Assembly: GCA_001643675.2 (NCBI GenBank)
Contig: LSRY02000044.1
Coordinates: 434,001 to 498,000 of the forward strand
Direction: 5' to 3'
Length of the DNA stretch: 64,000 bases
From: Monocercomonoides exilis PA203
Lineage: Eukaryota; Protista; Preaxostyla
Made by a program: the position numbers and the translations under genes. Within the stretch, counting starts at the first letter, position 1, and each line of letters starts with the position of its first letter. Of the stretch, positions 23,101 through 31,238 are shown in pieces. Below the pieces are notes generated by a model that saw only the letters and a list, made by a program, of their open reading frames with translations, did not search any database and was not told the DNA's origin.

Positions 23101-25538
23101 TGGAAATTAATGAATGTGGACAATTAACAATTAATGATTTCAAAACAGAAAATATCTCAGTTGAGGGAAATGAAGAATCACTTATATCTTGCTTGACAAT
23201 GAAAAAGACGATGCAATTGACAAATTGCACAATTGGTGGAGTCAGTTCAAAGACCACAAAAGGGAAATTGATGAAAGTGGAGGATTGTTTGAATGTGAAA
23301 ATGGACAGTTGCATTTTCGATGGAAGTGCAAAGGAAAGAAATGAAAAGAATTTGAATAGAGAAATTGAGATGTGCAGATGGGAAGGATCTCTTGTGGATG
23401 TTGTGAAGAGTTCTGTGATGATGAAAGATACAACAATATCGAATTCCCCAGAAGGTGGTATTACGATGAGTGGAGGGGCATTGACTGTTAATGATGGAAG
23501 ATTTGAGAACAACAATCCATCAATTGAAGGATATCCATCATTGAGAAGAAACATCATCTGTTCTAATTCTGGAACATTGAATGTGATGAGTTTGAAAGGT
23601 GGAGATGGATTGGAGAGAAATACATCACTTTGGATGTTGAATGAAGGGTGCAGTTTTGAAGGGATTGTTTCTGAGAGGGATTCATCATTCTTCATACCTG
23701 TTCTGGAGAGTGTAGAAGTGAAAGAAGAGACAGATAGAATGAAACTGACATTCAAAGGGATGCTTCTTATTCCTTGCAATCTGTCATTCTCATTTGTGAA
23801 GAGGAAAGGAGAAGAGAAAGAGATTGAAAAATATGATTTTGATTCAAATGGATTCTTGTCCGAAAAAGAAGTTGAAGGAAGTGTGGCAAAAGATCTCATC
23901 AGCAATTGTGGAAGTGATATTGAGGTGAGTGTGTTAGTTTTATTTGGGAATGAAGAATCTCCTTCATCAACAAATCCATTCATTCTGAAGAATGCAAGTG
24001 AAAGTCAGGCAAATGGAGATGAAAGGATTGTTGAAGGAGGAAAAGAAGGGAAATCTTATTGGATTATCATTGTTGTTGTGTTGGTCGTGATATTATTGGT
24101 TGTTCTGATTGTTTCTATTTTTCTGGCTGTTCGATGGAGAAAAGCAAAGAAAGAGAACAAGGATCTGAGAGAGATTGTGAATGATAACATCAAGAAGGAT
24201 CCAAAGGCATTTGAGATGGTGACGATGGATATGTCACATGAGGAGCAGTGGAGGAGAGCAGAGAAGAAGAACGTGGTGAATGCGAAGAAGAGGAGGGTGT
24301 ATGAAAAGAAGCTGGTGCATTCAGAGTCAGAAGAGTATTTGCTGAGTGAAAGTGGATCGACTGAATACATCCTGGGGAGAGACTCGGACAAGATTCCAGA
24401 ATGGGCACTGGAGAAGGTTACAGAGGATAAGGAGGATAAGGTGGAAGAGGAGGATATTGAGGAGATAAGAAAGCAAATGACACTGTCATATGTGTCATAT
24501 GTGGCGACAGGGATAAGATTCACGAGGATCGAAGATCTGTGTCCGACCACTTCGTCAATGTCAAACTTGGTGGATGCGATATCGTGTTCGGTGCCATACG
24601 AGAGTGTGATTGTGGACTTGAGGGATTCGCTGTTCATTCTGCTGCATGGGAGGAGTGGAGGGAATGGAGTGAATGGTGAGAATGAGGGAGAGGAGGAGAA
24701 AGAGAAGAAAGAGAAGAGGAAGAGTTGGGAAGAGCTGTTGCGAGAAAGAGAGCAGAGGGCTGCGCAGATCCTGTTCTGGGTGGCGAATGGGGTGGAGCAC
24801 TGCTTTGATGATCTGGATGATGGGGTGGAGTCGCTGGAGAGCCTGAGCCCGCACATTGTGCTGTTTGGGGAAGGGATGGCGATCTGCATTGCCCTGCGCA
24901 CAGACAGCTTGTCAGACGATGATTTTGATTCATCATCCATCTCTTCATCAACAGCTGTGACATCTGCAAGTGATGATGATGATGATAGTGATGATGATAG
25001 TGACTCTCTTCCCTCATCAGCGTTTGAGGATGAGCTGGAGTACATGGATGAATGCAAGCGGTGGAAGGCGCCGGAGCTGCTGATGAACAGGAAGATGAGG
25101 GCGACGAAGGAGTCAGTTGTGTTTTCGATTGGGATGATGCTGTGGGAGAGCCTGACGTTGGAGGTTCCGTTTGGGGAGGACTCGGCAGAGGGAGCTGGGC
25201 AGAAGATTGTTCGTGGGGAGAGGCCGGAGATGAAGGGGGTGAGGGAGTCTGTGTTTGGGGAGGTGGTGTCGCAGTGCTTGTCGTGGGAGAGGAGCAAGCG
25301 TCCGAGGCTGGGAGAACTGAAGCGAGAGTTTGTTGGAGGATGTGGGGCGAGGGGGATGATGGTGACAGAATCAGATGCAATTGGGATATGCGACAAGGAG
25401 ACGAGCTGTGTGGAGGAGGAAGGTGGAAAAGAAGGGATTGGAGAGAATGAGAAAAGGAGTGAGAAAGGAAATGAGAATGAGAAAGTGAATGTTGCGCAAG
25501 AGGGAAACGAGAGGATTGAGCAAATGGACATAGTTTGA
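14160..25538 (+). CDS. Large single-pass surface receptor-like protein: signal peptide, repeated parallel beta-helix (Pmp/pectin-lyase-like) modules, TM helix, cytoplasmic pseudokinase
   Basis: First ATG at 14160 gives a hydrophobic leader MVLRLSGILYCVWIINVGCICKG. Many GGAI/GGGI and FxxC/FxxN motifs. TM segment WIIIVVVLVVILLVVLIVSIFLAV at ~24060-24130 is followed by RWRKAKK. Kinase C-lobe motifs RWKAPE, VFSIGMMLWESLTLEVPF and RP are present. Single uninterrupted ORF. Confidence 0.85.
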   Translation: MVLRLSGILYCVWIINVGCICKGATSDGAGFVEESAKEGELDYPEGTWREKAQNNKIGDENLFDTYVEGKEGRARETWKEERMMKKCTKQRNEGGGEIGKAEKWGFCDEWKMLGKEGVCGGSGVEGSVVTVNSSMKLNSLGLRERGGECVLRASDGCFVEVSGCVIGVKRETPPFDLCGSCGLFANISLRSSSTSTSTSTEQIFPPLFSSKAAEGEIPEKCHVSVCSSHFSSFCVSSAPFISSHFVSLSQLEFFNISTGPQKTRQLAKGLSQRVFLMSGCEFVSVWDVYDGGIVPSLNSPSSSLDASNTSFARCYRSQNVEVNGSEGNPSKPARQQIADNGANSFTWCVWNGSKTTGTKIDNYYGDSNGGAIYMYNLGSGTLSVKFCSFNDCYANYDGGGIMCSYIDSVKIENNSFNGCVSAKNNGGGVSAFSISTCVGISGCEFKNCKANYQGGGIFLYGFNVSGSSCFEKESCKGESACVFECSFTSCSLTNKYGGGMYCANVPSAFKMRSLQFISCSAVSYGGGLYFRPYQSTAPSNNIYCYFFFFHDCRCSNSTPYGHDVYFEDYYKFFSSKSPFYESYTTNSDEKRVCNNCHGFQHTEKKWFLNDGKLLFVGENGNDSSEMCGMNEMMPCKTIGHSVNKCNDVVSFGVSVLGGKCVSEGATISVGEKKITITGRGKEVSVIGTSALSTFSTTLFSIYSGQLEVGHVGIDHNATRSPSPSVFVVSLGSGTLSLEDVVINSSTSGGSVISSLVFEVALRQLKTIDVEIENMKISQPLFAEPSSVGSSSGESLLGNLTIRNVNRTGGDGVVMAKSVKGGETFVVWNTTMEGCECVNGNGGGIKVELASSTSKAYIGTSTSHSGGATKFNKTKCSGYGGGVMLWLADNSFDFTITSVSFVGCSASFGGKDVFVNGSRLVSGTITSSKLNVGHNSSVYDELMGYDRNEGGMGIFPLNVFLDAFSGAAHMGNKVNGYGGYDSWFCGFGYFSCKTIAFASQNRFSSSKKNIVLDSGFELGEVVWMAGSYEWEVYCEINKTNVNVKVQSGMTSSYLINIESASSIKNIAFQIPFLLSSATSLIVLTSSSLTLTDCSVAHISESTSSVAFGYSIVNAQSGSLKMERFVIGGALVFGAHSAIEFSEGMTSVICSGCNISGIKRNEGDGGWMKGTVGSSGMLTVDGCNVNGCSCAGGNGGGIYVGLKGNGKVVVSGTSVIDGNKAENNGGRGGRGGGMFVLMESGGCGLTIGQNVKFSKDHGNVAEYGKDVFVDCGSGVFLESKVNTSSFSFFDTSTIPSDVLKLSGSENGEESGVIPLFVYLCTMGAKVLVDGSGGNGMDHNHCGFDEFRCLTVDYCANSRLSSAVNEIEIVSSSSITKEITGPSFGVSISGRIVSSSSEEGERMGVNVSDGGSATQDWLVGCLSSLTIRRLSFVVRGQLNSRRSAFIHSTSTLSVTDCSVSFESGALTDGKIGYSIIGMAGGNLIVNGFVMESGVTLTMNGKSPISMTSGVQLEILNSRVSGVEVEVAGVSGGGGCLNVGMGVNGNVKIEESNFSSRCPGGSGMKGGGMMISVGNGGTLRVKGVRLSGCVVPSEDIENGGRGIGGGMFAELSNQMGTFSLESMTFSGCSAWKGKNLFVEAQDLSAVINSTSILFNPEIGIKVADLNELCGRERGEAELIVPLVVFLRTFSSPGYVSGREQGSEFRLCGYEDYPCRGIGNVGEVQFPSSKRVIRLTNTFSFDEEVKLDGQPYEIDSSNKDVGLKVGGTGTKIQEALVMNSVSSTLTGILFELGESIGERSSFVHSSGGTLRFADCGIKMGNGVDSANYVFVSASGGTLSISDFSMSHVKFGINPFIVVEGNGEASIGDALLEGMETRNMKGLIEYSSSSSSLTIGNVTAQECVMGGKGLIWDENGKKLRMRNCTIVKMSSLEGNGSVVSGEVGDGCVVEVNDVVIEECGTLKGCGGGMSVILKGTGEMRLGKSGVVTSFEKCSAGGEGSVGGYGGGVNLDLSDNCVNNFALTTLTFKENVAAEGRDLFISCKKLNGTVKKERFGFEYKYENGEGEWMEVDMKGIDRDYFAESVDLGLFLVEMKRMEVCVSREGHDTLGCGSDRYPCQSMWSGISHVDRSGTEGERKVKVRDEGAMEDIYFLTDALVIEGCVNKGDEEQYKTVQFYEKINTDSESSSSSVISSTASLSLLSLKLQFPSQFESNMNSLISSSGILQLGSCLFDIQSATYIVQYSLITTTSGSCTLKGCSLTGPSFVKSPLEIFSSVLFENSSFSNIMNTGSGEGGIAKVTLKGNEELIIKSTNASSCSLLKNGGKGGFLYLDCENCLNEKPFVFDADVTFENNNAAIGKNVFILGKDFNSSVTNDSFNFNYSSMKDDKTLFAGSDDFHSNKDLFMFLIPYSSFEIFISSEGFDVARCGSEEEPCKTMWKGMENMEKETGNKTIQIEGSTIIQDSFNISNYQIKKDVKMGEENVKAKLNFEKAIGSQLEYFMVNDIHLELFNIQLHLTSGFDNSAKTIISNKGGDLVITGCSFHSEAGVNNGFNCVFVDAIGGSVEVNDLSMESCNVGNSVFTIHDVGVDCHFMNVRVESLNESRGFLLLIKGSESTTKINEAGEEMSLNIDNSSFSGVKRSSNGASILESKSENKICFVVNESNITEDKAESSKKGGAIFFTLGASGSMKMIDSTISQCRCTNGKGGGVYLATKERGELNFTFVGMKFSANTARVGNDIFIEYFNISSQINESQFQFDLREGHYTRYNAIYGIDSCDHPGDTDLIGFITIHQSDTIIVSSVDGSNGKQCGTNTLPCDSIEHGLVHLTSEYVSLLYIDAESVIGGEIELKEMSLSSKSREMCEVEVKSNIGKTREAFISTTGTVSLVRVNFVFDSNFISSHESLISPEGGILEIVNCSFTSKQSNEEGNIELANIPFHIINTAEGELQVDGCTISNLILHKSALYLSSQLPSVIDSLTICNSTMKTFLMEINECGQLTINDFKTENISVEGNEESLISCLTMKKTMQLTNCTIGGVSSKTTKGKLMKVEDCLNVKMDSCIFDGSAKERNEKNLNREIEMCRWEGSLVDVVKSSVMMKDTTISNSPEGGITMSGGALTVNDGRFENNNPSIEGYPSLRRNIICSNSGTLNVMSLKGGDGLERNTSLWMLNEGCSFEGIVSERDSSFFIPVLESVEVKEETDRMKLTFKGMLLIPCNLSFSFVKRKGEEKEIEKYDFDSNGFLSEKEVEGSVAKDLISNCGSDIEVSVLVLFGNEESPSSTNPFILKNASESQANGDERIVEGGKEGKSYWIIIVVVLVVILLVVLIVSIFLAVRWRKAKKENKDLREIVNDNIKKDPKAFEMVTMDMSHEEQWRRAEKKNVVNAKKRRVYEKKLVHSESEEYLLSESGSTEYILGRDSDKIPEWALEKVTEDKEDKVEEEDIEEIRKQMTLSYVSYVATGIRFTRIEDLCPTTSSMSNLVDAISCSVPYESVIVDLRDSLFILLHGRSGGNGVNGENEGEEEKEKKEKRKSWEELLREREQRAAQILFWVANGVEHCFDDLDDGVESLESLSPHIVLFGEGMAICIALRTDSLSDDDFDSSSISSSTAVTSASDDDDDSDDDSDSLPSSAFEDELEYMDECKRWKAPELLMNRKMRATKESVVFSIGMMLWESLTLEVPFGEDSAEGAGQKIVRGERPEMKGVRESVFGEVVSQCLSWERSKRPRLGELKREFVGGCGARGMMVTESDAIGICDKETSCVEEEGGKEGIGENEKRSEKGNENEKVNVAQEGNERIEQMDIV
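16030..22610 (+). repeat. Seven diverged ~320-400-aa ectodomain modules, each opened by a CG-x5/6-C-x-(T/S/G) motif
   Basis: CGMNEMMPCKT (~16038), CGFGYFSCKT (~17109), CGFDEFRCLT (~18174), CGYEDYPCRG (~19266), CGSDRYPCQS (~20469), CGSEEEPCKT (~21417), CGTNTLPCDS (~22563). Most modules end with an N-x-A-x2-G-(K/R/N)-(D/N)-(V/L/I)-F-type motif. Confidence 0.8.
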
Positions 25539-28500
25539 TGGCTTTTTTTGGTTGTGTATTTCGTGGGATTGTGAATGGATTGCGTGTGTGTATGTATGGA
25601 TGTTGAGGATTGTGATGTCTGTGGTCTAAAGACCAGAGAAAGATTCTGTGAGCTTTATGGAGGTGTTTTGGTGTCGAATGCATCTGGGGTGGGTGTCTGT
25701 TATTGTTCGTTTTGAATATGAGTTTTTAAACTTCCTGTTTGTATGTATTCCTTATTCTTCGTTAATACTTTTCATTCATTTGATCTGTCTGTCTGTGTGT
25801 ATGTGTTCATGATGTTCCTTTTTTTTTTTTGTTTGTTTCTATGTGTTATTGTTGGTTTTGTGAAAGCTGGAACAACCACATCACTGCCATTTTCAGTGGC
25901 AAAGTTGTTCCAAAAATGCTCATCAGCATCGACAAAAATTTTGAAAAATTTAACGAATATTAGATTTGGCTCATAAATGCGATTCTATATTAATATTATT
26001 TTGTCACAAAATTTTGAAAAATTGAAAAAGCTAAATTCACTAGAAATTAATAAATAACATTTATGAAATGAACAGAACCCGAATAACTAACAATGAAAAA
26101 CGAAGTCAAAAGAATATTGACTGTTGTTAGGTTGAAGCATCTGAACGCAATTATATCACTCAAATACAGACTGTATAAGAATCAGCCAGAGTGAATGGAT
26201 CATGTTGTTAATGTCGAAGCTGAAAGTGTGGTGGATTCATACAACAGCAAAAAATTTTTATATAATCAAATCAATCGAACCGTGAAGGCTGTTTGACAAA
26301 GCAGATTAGTATCAAAAATTAGAATATCTTCAATGGTAATGATTGAATAAAAGCAAACTGAATTGGAAGAAAATTATAAAACAGCCACACAGAGAAAGTT
26401 TTTCTATCAAGAAAATGCAGAAATTGGTATAAATTTTTTATTTTGTATGAATTAAGACAAAGAATTTATTCACAGAAATTATTTATGATTAATATTTTCT
26501 TAACATCAATGTTGCTAACATTTCTAATTTTGTGACAAACAGTTCAACAGAAGAAAATTTTAGCTGAAGAAAGCATCACGATAAAACTCAAAAGGAAACA
26601 AGCTTGCACTTTCAATCAAACAAGATTCGAAGCCCTGATGTGAAATGTTCAATGGATAAAATCAAAAAATAATGACATTCAAAACTAGAAATGATCCAAT
26701 CGAATATTATCTTGTTCAATTAAACTCACGTTTTTCGATACACCGAAATTTTTTGCTTATTTTTCATTTATTCTCCAAAGTGTATTATCACAGTGTTAAG
26801 AATTTCAAATTGCATGTCTTAATTTATTTTGAAAAGTTCCTTTTGTTTAATTTTCAGATTTAGAAAAAATTACATATTCGATCAAATTTATGTTCCCGCA
26901 TACGAAACTTCACAAAAATGGAAATTATGACATTATTAAGATTATATTTTCATGACAGCGAATTTGGTGAGGAGGAACATAAATTTTATTGAAGAATGAA
27001 ATTTTTATTATTTTTCTGAAATAAAAAATAAACGAAAAAAGCTTTTCAGAAAAATAAAGACACATTTTGTTTTGCTATTTGTGCAAACTTCATGGAAAAA
27101 TCGATTTTTTGATCAAAAATTTCAATTTCATATTTTTTAATATAATGTTTAAAAAAGTCCAAATAATGTGTATTAATGATTTATATTGTTTCCACATGTG
27201 GAAAATGTGTTTTTTAAAGAATTTTTTGTAAAACGGAAAAATTGACCCCAAATTGACTGTTTCAAAAAATTAAGTTGTTTTTGTTTTAATGTGTAAAGTC
27301 ATTTCGCTTAATATTATATGAGAATGCGATTGCAAAAAGTTGTGCAAAATTCGATTTGATTTATTCCGATTTTGGCTGATCATGGTTAATTTTTTATTAA
27401 AAACAAAAAACTGATTTGCATGAATATTTTCAAAAGATGTTCATTTTATTTTCTTTTCAGGATAAAATGAAAATAAATTATTTTCATCCAATTATCATTC
27501 CATCTAACCAAATTTCTCAACGATTGAAATTAAAACATTGCAAAGGATTTGTTTCCATGAAGATGAAAAAAAAAAAAATGAGTTGGAATGGAATTTTTTT
27601 GTGAATATTATGTTTTCATTTCCATTAGAAAATTTAACAAAAGTTACATTTCAAATAATTTAATAAAGTTTGACGCTTATGTCAAAGTGTTAACAGTTAA
27701 GAATAAGCAAGCAATTCTACTGAAACTATTTGGGGGAAAATACGAACTTTCAAGCAATTTATGCACAAGGCATAAAAAAATTGCATCGCTCATAACTTTA
27801 TGTCGCTTTCTCAGATTTCAAAATAAATAATATTTTCAGATCCGTAAATATGCATCATTAAAATCAAAACATAAAGTTTTCCAACATTTCGCGAATGTCA
27901 AAAAATAAGCCCATTTTGTTTAAAATTTCTATTCACAAAATTTAAATCAAAAATGCAAAATTTTTCGATGAAAATGCCTGAAGTTAAATATTTTGCCCCA
28001 TTTTGATTCAAACAAAAATGTTTTTCTGTATTATTGGTTTCAAATTTTCATTTTTCCAGTAAAAAACTATAACCACAAGTTATGAACACACTTCACGTCC
28101 TTTTAATCTCTCCACACCTCCGAAAATCCATATTTTCTTTTTCTTTCTTCCTTTACTGAACTTCCTTGACGTCAAATAATTTCATCTGTTTTTTCTGTGT
28201 TTCTTTCGCCTTCAATAACTGGCTGTCTTTCTTTCCGTTTTTGTGAGGAAGCAGACAAAGAAACACTTCATCAGCATCCATCTATGTCCTCATCCTCAGA
28301 ATGAAGCAAAGAAGTTGTTTTGTTTTCAATAACTTGCCAGTTATATAAGAAGATAAGCTGTGGAATGATCTTTTCAAAATTTATATTGCTGAAAAATGTT
28401 ACAAAATGAATGCTTTTATGTGGAAAGAATTTCGGACAAGCAAAATAAAGAAAATTTTTGTTCTAATAAACATTTAGAAAACATCTGTGGATTTTGCACG

Positions 28501-29163
28501 TAAGATGGCTCACTGCAATAACTTCTTTTTTAGAAAAATTCCCTTTATCTGTTTTCATCGCAGATGCGTTTGTTCGGCAAAGAAATGCTTCCTTCATCCC
28601 GAAGATGATATTCACTTCCTTTGAGATTAATTAATAATATAACACTTCCACAAAACTTTTTTAGTAAATTTTTGTATCAAAATTGTTATTTCTTAATTTC
28701 TGATAAATGAAGGAATAACAATGTTTGTTAATTAGCTTTCTTTTTTTTTTTTTAATAACGATGAGCAAACGAATATATTTTCATTTGACTTTGAAGCTGT
28801 TCCAATATTGTCGGAACAGGACAAATTGAAATGATCTTTTGAGAAAAATATAAATTTCTTTTTCTTATTGGGGAACTTTTTTTTGATCAAAACTCGAACG
28901 AAAGAATGATTTCAAAAACGATCAGCCTTATTTTCAATAATACAAATGAAATGATGGAAATAAAACATTAATGAATAGAACGCAATTTTAAAGAAAAAAA
29001 TAAATTCTTGATTTTTCGAATTGATAGAATCAAGTTAAGTGTGCAAGTTGTAAAATCATAAATAAGAATATCGAATGTATTATATTATAATGTTGGTTAA
29101 AATTGTCGCATTCCTTGTTTGTTTGAATACTCTTTCAAAAAGACGGACAACACAACATCAAAT

Positions 29164-30307
29164 TTACAACTCATCATCATCCTCTCTTTGACTTTGAGCT
29201 TTCTTCTTCTTTTTGTCTTTCCTTGCTGCCTTTTTCTTCTCCTTTAATTCCTGTCTTTTCTTTCTATCTTCTCTAACTCGCTCTCTGTCAGCCTGTTGTC
29301 GTCTTTTCTGCTCAGCTAACCGTTCTGCTTCCATATCTTCCTTTGGCTTTACAAGAGCAAACTCAAGAACACGCTTGTGCACTTCAGCAAAATTGATTTT
29401 CCCGTTATATCTAACAATCCTCCTTTTCATTTCTCCTGATTCTGTTCCGTTGCCTTTTTTCTCTTTGCCCTTGTTCGCTCTCCAGTCCAAGAAAAATACT
29501 GTTGGATATTCAACCAAAAACCCTTTTTCCTCGGGTTCTTCTTGGGTCTCCTGCTCTTCTGTGTTTTCTACGTTTTCTCCCTTTGGTTCTTCCGGCTGAC
29601 CAGCTTTTTGTTTTTCTTTAGCTTCAAATTCTTCAATAATCTCATCATCTTCGTCTTGTAGATTTTTCACTCTTTCCCAGACTTTTTCAACATTATCATC
29701 TTGTTCATTTGAATAACCACACATAACTCCTCTTCGATGCTTGTAGCATAACTGTTTGAACATTGGTGGAATTGTAGACTTTGAAGAAAATAGTAAAACA
29801 CGAGGTATCTTAGCTGATGTGTTAAAGAATTTATCAAGAATTTTATCATTGCTTAAAAGAGTTATTTGCTTTTGCCCAAGTTGATTGTCGTTTATAAACT
29901 TTCCCATGGCCTTTGCAGAACGTTCCTTTGCGTATTCCAAAGGTTCTTTGTTTGGCCTAAACAAAAGAAGTTTTGGAACCTGTGTGCATTGGTATGTTGT
30001 TGCAATCTCCGGGTAATTATCCAGATTTATTTGGCCAACCTTAATACCAATAGCTTTCATGTTTTTCGCTAATTTTTCAAGTTGAGGCATCATATCATGA
30101 CATGGTTCACAATTTGTCATATAGAACACTGAGACAAAGTTACAATACGAGCAAACACTGAAAAATCAAGAAAAAATACAAACTCACAAAATATGTATTA
30201 TCGTTCCCAAGAACATCCTTTTTAAATGATTCTGTTGTCAACTCAATGGTAGCATTAGCATAGATATTTTGAACAACACTCAATATCGACAAAATCGAGG
30301 AAATCAT
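29164..30307 (-). CDS. ER-resident thioredoxin/PDI-family protein (CEPC active site, second Trx-like domain, charged tail, C-terminal DDEL)
   Basis: Exon 1 30307-30184 encodes a signal-like MISSILSILSVVQNIYA then IELTTESFKKDVL. Intron 30183-30129 (GTTTGT...CAG). Exon 2 30128-29164. The spliced sequence reads YFVMFYMTNCEPCHDMMPQLEKLA, has the cis-Pro motif QVPKL, and ends DDDEL*. Confidence 0.85.
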
Positions 30308-30509
30308 CAAAAAAACTCACAATCCTGTTTATGATTATAAATTATTATTTCGATCAGCAAATAATGAAAAAAGTAGTTTCATCATTCCATATTAATTCCA
30401 CATTACCAAAATATTATTTAAAATAAATTTCACTTCTTAATTCTAAGTAATTTTTGGAAAATTTCAAACAAAACGTTAATATGTTCGCAAATCTGTCTAT
30501 TTAACTTTT

Positions 30510-30519
<10 letters not shown>

Positions 30520-30540
<21 letters not shown>

Positions 30541-30546
30541 GAAGAA
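30520..30546. repeat. (GAA)9 microsatellite, intergenic
   Basis: Directly visible between the PDI-like and cofilin genes. Confidence 0.9.
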
Positions 30547-30649
30547 AGAAAGAAGAACATATAGCTCCTAAACAATAGCAAATACTTCAAATTTGATTAA
30601 AAGTTCTTAACTTCAGTTACAACCCGAAAAACTGGGATAGCCTTTCAGA

Positions 30650-31238
30650 TTACACTCGAGTGGCTTTCTCAGTCAAATCCTCTTCACGGAATGATTCATC
30701 AACCTACAGATAAATTCATGTTAATTTATTGATTATTACAAAAAAGTAACGTTCGCTAATAACATTTAAAAAAGTTCACCAGAACATACATCAAGATCAT
30801 TTTGAATTCCGGTGAATGCTGATTTGATAGCACTTTTTGCTGATGCATAAAGCATACGCTTTCGAACTGGTGTTGTTGAAGGAGTATATAAAATCAGGAA
30901 TATTTTTGTTCTTGTTGTGGTATCAACGGCATAATCGTGATTTACAATAATATATCTTGGCTCATTTTCAGGAAGAGCAGCTTTCAAATCCTAGTTTGTT
31001 GCGCAATCAAAATAAAATTTTTTAATAAAGTGTTTAAAAGAAAAATGAAAGCAAGTCATCATTAAAATTATGAAATCATTCCACAAACAGCAAAAGTTTT
31101 GCCTTTTTCTCCTTCAACATCAATGACAATGTCTTTATCACCTTGAATCTTGTAAATAACGAAATACAACTTGTGTGCAAATTTGAATTCGTTAAATTTG
31201 GCAACTGCCTCGTCAGTTGGAACAATACCGATTTGCAT
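30650..31238 (-). CDS. COF1: Actin-depolymerising factor / cofilin (~134 aa, 3 exons)
   Basis: Exons 31238-31089, 30990-30790 and 30703-30650 join in frame via GT-AG introns. Sequence includes GIVPTDEAVAKFNEFK, FVIYKI, LPENEPRY, KIFLILYTP and PVRKRMLYASAKSAIK, which are hallmark ADF-H motifs. Confidence 0.93.

Noticed and set aside
26090-26660. Coding-like stretch including EASERNYITQIQTV, reminiscent of the first helix of a RhoGEF DH domain
   Set aside because: It is immediately followed by a stop and I could not build a spliced model. It may be a decayed fragment but is too short to call.
28090-28620. GC-richer, coding-like minus-strand patch
   Set aside because: Multiple stops and no recognisable homology or consistent exon chain. 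Possibly a relic, but unsupported.
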